Assembly (NCBI GenBank): GCA_963845425.1
Contig: CAWJSC010000010.1
Coordinates: 451,968-515,967 of the forward strand
Source: an uncultured Microthrixaceae bacterium
Lineage (GTDB): Bacteria; Actinomycetota; Acidimicrobiia; Acidimicrobiales; DATDAH01
Reading direction: 5' to 3'
DNA length: 64,000 nucleotides
The notes under the pieces were generated by a model. The model did no database searches. It had not been told where the DNA came from and saw nothing but the letters and a program-made list of their open reading frames with translations. This document shows, piece by piece, positions 19,875 to 28,009 of this stretch. Position 1 is the stretch's first letter; every line of letters starts with the position of its first letter. The position numbers were made by a program, and so were the translations under genes.

Positions 19875-21314
19875 TCAGGCGGGGACGACGAGGAGCCAGT
19901 TGTCGTCCTCGTAGGCGACCTGCCAGGTGGAGGAGGCGGTGAGCTCCTCGGCCAGGTCGGCGTCGGTGTTCCAGAGGACGGCGTCGGCGTCCCAGCGCTC
20001 GGCGATCTGCTCCCAACCCTCGTCGCCCTTCATCAGGGTGCGGTAGTCGTCGATGACCTCGACGGGGAACATGTCGTAGCGGTCGTCGATGAAGACGGGC
20101 ATGTCCACGTAGCGGGCCTCGAGGTAGTTACCCACGAAGTCCCGGCTGATGACCCGGACGTCGGGGCCGACCAGGTCGTGGGCCTCCATCCAGTCCACGG
20201 CCTCGGTCGGGTAGAACGCCAGGTCGGCCTGGGGGCCCCGCAGGGCGCCCAGGGCGACGAGCAGGGTGAGGGCCCCGAGCCCGATGCCCACCGTCCGGAA
20301 GACCGGCCGGCGCTCGTGGCCCAGGTCGCTCCCCAGGCCCGCCAGGGCGGGGGCCACGGCGGCCATGACGATGATCCCTGCGGGGGCCACGTTGCGGGCG
20401 CTGGTCAGGGCCAGGCCGGTGAACACCAGGAGGGGCAGGAAGGCCCGGAACCGGCGGTGGCGGGCCAGCAGGGCCAGCACGGACAGCCCGGCCATCAGCA
20501 CGAGCAGGCGGGGGGCCAGGTCGCCGTAGTCCGGCGGCCGCCACTCGTCGATGAAGCGCAGGGTGTCGGCCTTGCCGAGCAGCTCGATCGGGAACACGAG
20601 CAGCTTCGGGCCGATCGGGTTCACCGCACCCAGCAGCAGGCCCAGGCCGGCCCAGGCGGACACCCGCAGCTCCCGCCGGGCGGATTCCCGGTCGAGCCAG
20701 CGGCCGACCACGAGGGTGCCCAGGAGCACGAGACCCATCGGGAACGAGCCGTGGGTGTTCACCCAGACCCAGAGCAGCGGTGCCGCCACCCAGGTCGGTC
20801 CGGCCCCGTTGGCCAGGACGTACAGGGCGGCCAGGCCGACGAAGCCGAAGAGCATCGGGCGTTCGGCCCAGCCCTCGGTGCCCATCAGCAGGATCGGCAG
20901 GATCAGCGCGGCGCGCACGACCACGGCGCCGGCGGGCTCGGTCAGGCGCCACAGGAGGTGGGCCAGGAGGGCTGTGGTCAACCCGATCACGATCCGGACC
21001 CCCCCCAGACCCCCGACGGCCTCGGCCACGGCGTAGAGGGCGGAGGCCAGCCACGACTGCACCGTCCAGGGCTCCCCTGCGGCCGTGAAGCTGTAGGAGT
21101 CGGCGGCCGGGATGCCGCTGTCCAGGATGAGGCGGCCCGTCGCCAGGTGGGTGAAGAAGCTGTTGTCCGACAGGCGCTGGAGGCCGATGAGCAGGCCCGC
21201 CAGGGTGACGACGAGGCCGACCAGGGCCTCCAGGGAGAGGCCCCGGGCCTCGTCGGACGCGGAAGCGTCCCCGGTGGGCGTCGCCGCCGACCGGGGACGC
21301 TGGATCGTCGCCAC
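19875..21314 (-). CDS. Polytopic membrane protein (GT-C-like), last gene of the Tad operon
   Basis: 479 aa. It starts 20 nt after the tadC stop. First loop: LSDNSFFTHLATGRLILDSGIPAADSYSF. About 10 TM helices. C-terminal soluble domain: FYPTEAVDWMEAHDL...FIDDRYDMFP. Confidence 0.7.
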   Translation of the reverse strand: MATIQRPRSAATPTGDASASDEARGLSLEALVGLVVTLAGLLIGLQRLSDNSFFTHLATGRLILDSGIPAADSYSFTAAGEPWTVQSWLASALYAVAEAVGGLGGVRIVIGLTTALLAHLLWRLTEPAGAVVVRAALILPILLMGTEGWAERPMLFGFVGLAALYVLANGAGPTWVAAPLLWVWVNTHGSFPMGLVLLGTLVVGRWLDRESARRELRVSAWAGLGLLLGAVNPIGPKLLVFPIELLGKADTLRFIDEWRPPDYGDLAPRLLVLMAGLSVLALLARHRRFRAFLPLLVFTGLALTSARNVAPAGIIVMAAVAPALAGLGSDLGHERRPVFRTVGIGLGALTLLVALGALRGPQADLAFYPTEAVDWMEAHDLVGPDVRVISRDFVGNYLEARYVDMPVFIDDRYDMFPVEVIDDYRTLMKGDEGWEQIAERWDADAVLWNTDADLAEELTASSTWQVAYEDDNWLLVVPA

Positions 21315-21334
21315 GGCCGTCGCCGTCCCGGAGC

Positions 21335-22249
21335 TCAGAAGCTCCGGGAGATGTTGATCATGGCCGGTCCGATGACCACCACGAACAGCGCCGGGAAGAT
21401 GCAGAACACCATCGGGATCAGCATCTTGACGGGGGCCTTCTGGGCCTTCTCCTGGGCCAGCTGGCGCCGCTTGATGCGCATCTCGTCGGCCTGGGCCCGC
21501 AGGACCCGGCCGATGGACACGCCGAAGGCGTCGGCCTGCAGGATGGCCAGCACGAAGGAGCGGATCTCAGGGACGTTGGTCCGGGTCTCCATGGCCCGCA
21601 TGGCGTCGGCCCGGGACGAACCGGCCCGCAGCTCGCCCAACATGCGGGCGAACTCGTCGGAGAGCGGCCCGGGCACCGAGCTGACGGTCCGGTCGACGGC
21701 CTGCTCGAAGCCGAGGCCGGCCTCGACGCTGATGGTCAGCAGGTCGAGGATGTCCGGCAGCTTGCGCTGCATGGTCACCTGGCGCTCCTCGACCCGGCGG
21801 TTCAGCACCGAGTCGGGGCCGAGGGCCAGGACGGCACCGCCGAGGCCCAGCAGGCCGAGGCGGAGGATGCCGTCGACGGGCAGGAACACCGTGACGATGA
21901 TGAACCAGAACGGGATCGCCACCACGGTGATGACCCGGATGGCCAGGAACCGGTCCACCCCGTCCGCACTGATGCGGCCGGCGTAGATGAACTTCTTGCG
22001 CACGGTGTCGACGTAGCCCACCGGCGTGAAGCGACCGCCCAGGGCGGTCAGGCCCTTGAAGACCGGAAGCAGCGCCCGCTGGTAGAACGGGATCAGCAGC
22101 TCCTGGTCACGGACGTCCTGGACCTCGTAGCCCTCCAGCTGGCGCAGGGAGGACCGGACGACGGCCTTCTCCTCGGCGTCACTGAGCAGCGTGTAGACGA
22201 CGAAGCCGACGACCCCGGCGATCAGGGCGAGGGCGAGATAGAGCAGCAT
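21335..22249 (-). CDS. tadC: Type II secretion system F-family platform protein (TadC)
   Basis: 304 aa. DILDLLTISVEAGLGFEQAV...LAILQADAFGVSIGRVLRAQADEMRIKRRQLAQEKAQKAPVKMLIPMV. Confidence 0.85.
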   Translation of the reverse strand: MLLYLALALIAGVVGFVVYTLLSDAEEKAVVRSSLRQLEGYEVQDVRDQELLIPFYQRALLPVFKGLTALGGRFTPVGYVDTVRKKFIYAGRISADGVDRFLAIRVITVVAIPFWFIIVTVFLPVDGILRLGLLGLGGAVLALGPDSVLNRRVEERQVTMQRKLPDILDLLTISVEAGLGFEQAVDRTVSSVPGPLSDEFARMLGELRAGSSRADAMRAMETRTNVPEIRSFVLAILQADAFGVSIGRVLRAQADEMRIKRRQLAQEKAQKAPVKMLIPMVFCIFPALFVVVIGPAMINISRSF

Positions 22250-22261
22250 CAGTCAGGCCTC

Positions 22262-24208
22262 TCAGACATCGATCTCGATGAGCTTCTTCATCCACCAGAA
22301 GCCGAATCCGGCCAGGAGCCCGGCACCGATCAGCATGATGTTGCCGAGCCGCTCGCTGAACAGGACCCCGATGTACTCCGGGTTGATGACCCACATGGCG
22401 GCGCCCAGGCCGATCGGCAGGAAGCCGAGGACCATGGCCGACACCTTGCCCTCCGCCGTGAGGGCGTCGACGTCGCGACGCAGGCGCTCCCGGGCCACCA
22501 TCGTCTCGGCCACGGTCATCAGCAGTTCCGCCAGGTTCCCGCCGACTTCGCGCTGGATCCCGATGGCCATGACGGCCCACCGGAAGTCCGCGCTGCCCAT
22601 CCGGTCCGCGGCGGCATCGAGGGCTTCCTCGAGCGGGCGGCCCAGACGGGACTCGGTCACGACCCGACGCAGCTCGTAGCCGATCGGGTCCTCCACCTCC
22701 CGGGACACGGCCTCGACGCCCTGCATGAGCGAGTAGCCGGCTCGCAGGGTCCCGGAGAGGAGCGAGAGCATGTCGGGGAGCTGGGCGTTGAACTTCTTCA
22801 GGCGGCGCTTGGCCTTGAAGTTGAGCGCGGCCGACGGGAGCATGATCGCCAGGCCGGTCAGGAGCGCCGTGCCCACGAGGCTGCGGGTCAGGACCAGGCT
22901 CAGCAGCCCCACCACGCCGACCATGGCGGCGTAGAAGAAGAGGGCCTCCGCCGCCCGGAGGGGCATGTCGGCCCGCTCCAGCTTGGCCTCGACGCCGGCC
23001 AGGAAGCCCTGGCGGTCGGCGAAGTCCTCCGTCATCTCCACTGCACGCTGGATCAGGGCGGTCTTGACCAGGCCGCCGTCCTCGTCCTCGTCGCGGATCG
23101 TCTCGTCGACGAAGCCCTCCGAGTACGGCTGCAGGACGTTGGTCAGGTGGCTGTCGTCCCGCTGGGTCAGCATGATCAGGGCGAAGGCCCCGAGGCCGGC
23201 GGCGAACAGGATGAGGAAGACGCCGACGTACTTGGCCAGGTCACTCTGCAACAGGCCGTCGCCGCCGCTGACCACGGTCTGGGCGAACAGGTCCGCCGGC
23301 TTGACCGTCTGGGACCCCCGCACGAAGGTGGCCGTGGTCGTGGCGTCACCGACCTGGAGCTGGATGTCGGCCACCGCACCGGCGTCGTCGCCGGTCGGTG
23401 GGTCGTAGGCCAGCACGTACTGCTGGTCGATGCTCTGGGCCACGGTGGTGCCCAGCTCGTCGAGCTGCTCGGAGTCGGGCGTGGTGACCAGTTGGCCACC
23501 GGCCCGCGCCACGACGTCCTCGAGGCCGCCGGTGTCGAGGCGCTCGCCCTCCAGGCCGATGGCGTACACGGGCGCCCCGACGTTGCGCAGGGTGCCGACG
23601 GCGTCGCCCGCCGTGGTCAGGGAGGCGAAGCTGCCGCTCCCGGTGATGACGACGACCGTGGGCTGGGCCTCGGGGTCGGCATCGGCGTCGAGGACGCCGG
23701 CGGCGCCTTGGATGCCGTTCCACAGCACGCTCTCGCCGTTGGCCTGGAGCTCGCTGATGCTCTCCAGCACCCGCTCCCGGTCGGTGGTGAGCGGCCGCAG
23801 GGGTACGAAACGGTCCGAGAAGGTGACGATGCCCACCGGGGTGTCCGCGGGCAGGCCCTCCACCACGGCGGTGACGCCGTCGCGGATGTCGGCCATCACC
23901 GGGTCCATGGCCTCGGACGTGTCCACGGCGATGACCACCGCACGGCTGCCGCCGGCGGCAGCCAGGGGGACGACCTCGCCCACCAGGTCCCGCTCGACGC
24001 CGTTGTCGGTGATGACCGCGTCGGCCACGTCGGCCTCGTCGCCGCCGTAGGCGAAGGTCACGCGCACGACGTCGCCGCCCGTGGCGTCCACCCCGCGCAC
24101 GGCGAGGAAGGGCGCGGCGGTGTCCTCGTCGGCGGCCCGGGCCAGGCCCGGCACGACCAGGACGAGGCCGGCCAGCAGCATCGCCAGGGCGACCCGCACG
24201 ACCTTCAT
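22262..24208 (-). CDS. tadB: Signal peptide + vWA domain fused to a TadB-type platform domain
   Basis: 648 aa. Signal peptide: MKVVRVALAMLLAGLVLVVPGLARA. vWA/MIDAS-like segment: AVVIAVDTSEAMDP...GIVTFSD. C-terminal T2SS-F domain: DMLSLLSGTLRAGYSLMQGV...AVMAIGIQREVGGNLAELL. Its ATG overlaps the cpaF stop (ATGA). Confidence 0.85.
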   Translation of the reverse strand: MKVVRVALAMLLAGLVLVVPGLARAADEDTAAPFLAVRGVDATGGDVVRVTFAYGGDEADVADAVITDNGVERDLVGEVVPLAAAGGSRAVVIAVDTSEAMDPVMADIRDGVTAVVEGLPADTPVGIVTFSDRFVPLRPLTTDRERVLESISELQANGESVLWNGIQGAAGVLDADADPEAQPTVVVITGSGSFASLTTAGDAVGTLRNVGAPVYAIGLEGERLDTGGLEDVVARAGGQLVTTPDSEQLDELGTTVAQSIDQQYVLAYDPPTGDDAGAVADIQLQVGDATTTATFVRGSQTVKPADLFAQTVVSGGDGLLQSDLAKYVGVFLILFAAGLGAFALIMLTQRDDSHLTNVLQPYSEGFVDETIRDEDEDGGLVKTALIQRAVEMTEDFADRQGFLAGVEAKLERADMPLRAAEALFFYAAMVGVVGLLSLVLTRSLVGTALLTGLAIMLPSAALNFKAKRRLKKFNAQLPDMLSLLSGTLRAGYSLMQGVEAVSREVEDPIGYELRRVVTESRLGRPLEEALDAAADRMGSADFRWAVMAIGIQREVGGNLAELLMTVAETMVARERLRRDVDALTAEGKVSAMVLGFLPIGLGAAMWVINPEYIGVLFSERLGNIMLIGAGLLAGFGFWWMKKLIEIDV

Positions 24209-25569
24209 CGAGCGGAGCCGATCATCTGGTGACCGCCGCGGGGCTCGGGCTGGAACACCTCGGGACCGAGGCGGATGCCCAGGTCCTGGAGCTTCTCGGT
24301 GAACTTGGGCCGCACACCGGTGGCCTTGAGGTGGCCGCGGAACTTGCCCCGCTCGTCCACGCCTGCGCCGTAGTCGAAGAGGAACACGTCCTGGAGGGTG
24401 ATGACGTCACCCTCCATGCCCTGCACCTCGGTCACGTGGGTGATGCGCCGGGTGCCGTCCCGCAGGCGGGTCAGCTGGACGATGCAGTCCAGGGCACTGG
24501 CCATCTGCTCCCGGATGGCCCGGATCGGCAGGTCGAAGCCCGCCATCAGGGTCATCGTCTCGATTCGGGAGAGGGTGTCCCGAGGCGTGTTGGAGTGGAT
24601 GGTGGTGATCGAGCCGTCATGGCCCGTGTTCATGGCCTGGAGCATGTCCAGGGCCTCTCCGGCACGACACTCCCCGACCACGATCCGGTCGGGACGCATG
24701 CGCAGGGCGTTCTTGACGAGGTCACGGATGGTGACCTGGCCCCGGCCCTCGATGTTGGGGGGCCGGGCCTCCAGGGCCAACACGTGGTCCTGGTGCAGCT
24801 GGAGCTCCTTGGCGTCCTCGATGGTGACGATGCGCTCGTCGGCGGGGATGAACGAGGAGAGCACGTTCAACGTCGTGGTCTTACCGGTACCGGTACCGCC
24901 GGCGACGATGAGGTTGAGGCGACCGACCACACAGGCCTGCAGGAAGCGGGCCGACGCCGCGTTCAGCGTGCCGAAGCGGATCAGGTCGTCGATCTGGAAC
25001 GGGTCCTTGGAGAACTTCCGGATGGTGAGGAACGGGCCGCCGATGGCGAGGGGATGGATCACCGCGTTGACGCGGGAGCCGTCCGGGAGCCGGGCGTCCA
25101 CCATGGGGCTGGACTCGTCGAGACGGCGTCCGACCTCGCTCACGATCTTGTCGATGATGCGCCGGAGGTGCTCCTCGTCGACGAAGCGGGCGTCGGTCTT
25201 CTCCAGCTTGCCGGAGCGCTCGATGTAGACCGAGGACGGGCCGTTGACCATGACCTCGGTGAGCTCCTCGTCGTTGAGGAGGCGGTCGATGGGCCCGTAG
25301 CCGAGGATGTCGTCGGAGACGTCCTGGATGAGCTGGGCCTTGTCGGCGGCCGACAGCGGCGCCCGCTCCTGGGCCAGGGCGGCGTGGAGCTGCTCGTGGA
25401 CCCGACGGCGCAGGTCCTCCTCGGAGATCCGCTTGTCGTAGAGGATGGGACCCAGCTCGTCGATGAGGACGTGGTGGATCTTGTGCCGCAGCTCATCGAG
25501 CACGGGGTCCCGGAGACCGGGCTGGCCGGCGGGGGTGCCTCCGTCCTGTAGACGCTTGTACAGCGACAT
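24205..25569 (-). CDS. cpaF: CpaF/TadA secretion ATPase
   Basis: 454 aa. Walker A [58 protein letters not shown]. Confidence 0.95.
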   Translation of the reverse strand: [454 protein letters not shown]

Positions 25570-25598
25570 CTGCTTCTCCTCGGCGGTCGGGCGCTCGC

Positions 25599-26933
25599 TC
25601 AGCGAGCGGTGTTCTCAGCGGTCAGGAACGTGTCGGCGAGTTGCTCGATGGCCCGGGTCACCGCCGCCTTCGGGGCGGCGAGCACCACGGGCATGCCCTT
25701 GTTCACCGACTGGGGCACGACGACGTCACTGGGGATCAGGGCGTCGGCCTTGACCTGCAGCGTCTTCTCGACCTCGCTCACGTCGAGCTTCACCTTGGAG
25801 TTGGCCCGGTTGAGCACGAGGCGCAGCTTGGACATCGGGGTGTCGAGCAGCCGCAGGGTCTGCAGGCCGATCTTCACGTTCTTGATGTTCGGGATGTCCA
25901 TCCCCGCGACGAGCAGGACGTCGTCACTGATCTCGATGAGGCCGAGGACGACATCGTTGAAGTACGCGGGCGTGTCGATGATCACGTGGCTGCAGAAGGA
26001 GCGCAGGAGCTCGACGATGCGCACCATCTCCTCGCCCCGGATCTGGTCGGCGAAGGCCGGCTCCAGCGGGGCGGGCAGCACGTACAGGCCGGAGGCCTCG
26101 TGCTGGACCAGCAGGCTCTGCAGCATCGACGAATCCAGGCCCCGGTCCAGGGAGCTGACGGCGTCGACGATGGTGTGCTGGGGGGCCAGCTTCAGCATGA
26201 CGGCCACGTCGCCGAACTGCAGGTCCGCGTCGACCAGCGCCACGGGGCGATTGCTCTTCTTGGCCAGGCGCACGGCCACGTTGCAGGCGATCATCGACTT
26301 GCCCGCCCCACCCTTGGTGGAGAAGACGGTGATGACCTGGCCGTCGGTGGTGGGCTCGGGAGCGCCCACCACGTAGCCCGGATCCATCGGGGCCGGGGTC
26401 TGCGAGCCGGAGGCCAGCATGTCGCCCACCCGCTTGACGGTCATGGCCAGCTGCGACAGGTCCTGCAGCGGGAGCACGTCGCGCACGCCGGCCCGCAGGG
26501 CCTGCTGGAGCACGTCGGTGGTCAGCTGCTCGGCGATGAGGATGGCGCCGACCTCGGGCCGGGGCCGGGTCAGGCGTTCGACGACGACGAGCTGATCCGG
26601 CGAGGCCATCGACGGGCCGAGCACCACCACCAGGGGGGTGCCGTTTAGCTTGGCCGCCAGGGCCTCGATCGAGGGGAACGGGATGGCGTGGGCGCCCAGC
26701 TGCACGGCCAGCTGGTTCCGGGTCATCTCGTCGGCGTCGACGGTGGCCAGGGGCAGGTGGCTCAGATCCGGGGCCGCCGACAGCGGCTCGAGGCCCAAGG
26801 TCCCGTTGTCGCCGAAGGGCTCCCCTCCCGCGTAGCCCGTGGGCACCGACACCCCGATGGGCGCCAGCTCCACGCCCGCAGCGCCACCGAACGAGTCGGT
26901 GCTGCCGAGGGGGTCAGAGTACAGGTTGCTCAT
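25599..26933 (-). CDS. cpaE: CpaE/TadZ-like ParA/MinD-type ATPase with an N-terminal receiver-like domain
   Basis: 444 aa. Deviant Walker A STKGGAGKSMIACNVA. Pseudo-receiver block: VVVLGPSM...ILIAEQLTTDVLQQALRAGVRDVLP. Confidence 0.85.
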   Translation of the reverse strand: MSNLYSDPLGSTDSFGGAAGVELAPIGVSVPTGYAGGEPFGDNGTLGLEPLSAAPDLSHLPLATVDADEMTRNQLAVQLGAHAIPFPSIEALAAKLNGTPLVVVLGPSMASPDQLVVVERLTRPRPEVGAILIAEQLTTDVLQQALRAGVRDVLPLQDLSQLAMTVKRVGDMLASGSQTPAPMDPGYVVGAPEPTTDGQVITVFSTKGGAGKSMIACNVAVRLAKKSNRPVALVDADLQFGDVAVMLKLAPQHTIVDAVSSLDRGLDSSMLQSLLVQHEASGLYVLPAPLEPAFADQIRGEEMVRIVELLRSFCSHVIIDTPAYFNDVVLGLIEISDDVLLVAGMDIPNIKNVKIGLQTLRLLDTPMSKLRLVLNRANSKVKLDVSEVEKTLQVKADALIPSDVVVPQSVNKGMPVVLAAPKAAVTRAIEQLADTFLTAENTAR

Positions 26934-26984
26934 GGCTCAGGCTCCGGTGCGGGTGTAGGACGGTCGGGGGTCAGGACCGGACGG

Positions 26985-27824
26985 CTACTGCGGGCCGTCG
27001 GGGCCGTAGGGGGTCAGGGTCCCGAAGCGGGTGCGGGAGTCGGTCTCACCGGGCAGGTCATCGACCTCGCTGAGGTCGATCCGGGGGATCGGCAGGGCCT
27101 GGTAGTCGGGGCCGGTGAGGGCGAGGCTGAGGATGCCGGGCTGGGAGGCGATGAGCTGGGCGGCCTCGACCGGCAGGTCCAGGGTGATCAGGCCGCTGCT
27201 CACCGGCGCCGCGGCCGCGGCGTCGTCCGCCGCCGCCTGCTCCCCGGGCTGGGGTGCGGCCTGGGTGCCGATGGCCAGGATGCGGACCTGGTGGTAGAGG
27301 AGCCGGGAATCGCGGCCATAGAGGTCGTTGTCGGAGGTGTTGACGACCGTGCCGTCACCCGGCTCGGTGCTCATGAAGATGTCGACGAGGTCGCCGGGGA
27401 CCAGGAGGCCGGCCACCGCGTTCGCGCTGTCCACCGAGATCGTGTAGGCGACGTGGTTCTCCTCGAGCCGCTGGCCGAAGCCGATCGAGCTCGTGGTCGG
27501 GTCCACGAACATGCCGTCGACCAGCACCTGGTTGGCCGCCAGGTTGTTCAGGGCGACCTTGCCCGAGATCTGGTCCGGGTCGGTGATGCGGGTGGCGGGC
27601 AGGAACTCGCGGGCGATCTCGTCCTCGACGATCAGGCCCTCCGCCATGGCCTGTTCACCCGGCACCCCCTGGGGGATGTCGGCCCGGACGACGAGAACCG
27701 GCACGCGCTCGGCGTCCCCGTTCGCCCGGTCCTCGACGCCGCTCACGTAGTTGAGCACGACGAATGCGGCGATGCAGCCCACGGCGATCGCCGCGATGAG
27801 AATCATGGTCCTGCGAGAGCTCAC
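26985..27824 (-). CDS. cpaB: Flp pilus assembly protein CpaB/RcpC-like
   Basis: N-terminal TM ILIAAIAVGCIAAFVVL, followed by SAF/RcpC-like repeats. The start is set at GTG 27824, preceded by AAGAGG; the ORF track starts at TTG 27848. Confidence 0.82.
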   Translation of the reverse strand: MSSRRTMILIAAIAVGCIAAFVVLNYVSGVEDRANGDAERVPVLVVRADIPQGVPGEQAMAEGLIVEDEIAREFLPATRITDPDQISGKVALNNLAANQVLVDGMFVDPTTSSIGFGQRLEENHVAYTISVDSANAVAGLLVPGDLVDIFMSTEPGDGTVVNTSDNDLYGRDSRLLYHQVRILAIGTQAAPQPGEQAAADDAAAAAPVSSGLITLDLPVEAAQLIASQPGILSLALTGPDYQALPIPRIDLSEVDDLPGETDSRTRFGTLTPYGPDGPQ

Positions 27825-27946
27825 GTCCGACCTCTTTGTTTGCGCCAATGCCGGTGGGATCCCGGCGGTGTCCCTCCATTGGTCGGCCGGACCATGCCCG
27901 TGCTTAGCGATTGCCCGCGATGCCCGCGATGCCGGCCGAGAACGGC

Positions 27947-27976
27947 GAACGCCCCCCGGCGGACCGGGGGGCGTTC
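27947..27976 (-). terminator. Hairpin terminator downstream of rpsA
   Basis: gaacgccccccgg-cgga-ccggggggcgttc, a perfect 13-bp stem located 34 nt after the rpsA stop on the minus strand. Confidence 0.7.
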
Positions 27977-28009
27977 GGGGGATCGGTTCCCGCTCGGGGC
28001 GGGCGGCAA

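Noticed and set aside
19628-19942. A 104-aa ORF spanning the 43-bp palindrome with a signal-peptide-like start (VRALISLLVVLPPAS)
   Set aside because: It has poor G/C third-position bias and an Arg-rich nonsense tail that runs antisense into the membrane-protein gene. The mirrored peptide on the other strand shows that the signal is the palindrome, not coding sequence.
19782-21986. A 734-aa plus-strand ORF across the membrane protein and tadC
   Set aside because: It is antisense to two well-supported genes, and its translation is Gly/Arg/Pro/Gln-rich and low in complexity.
27845-27882. A possible operator upstream of cpaB: ccaatg...cattgg, and the internal palindrome gggatccc
   Set aside because: The two symmetries are not concentric and the arms are only 6-8 bp, so they are not distinguishable from chance without comparative data.
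27911-27935. A short tandem repeat, gcccgcgat x2, between cpaB and rpsA
   Set aside because: Two copies of a 9-mer in GC-rich intergenic DNA are too small to interpret.
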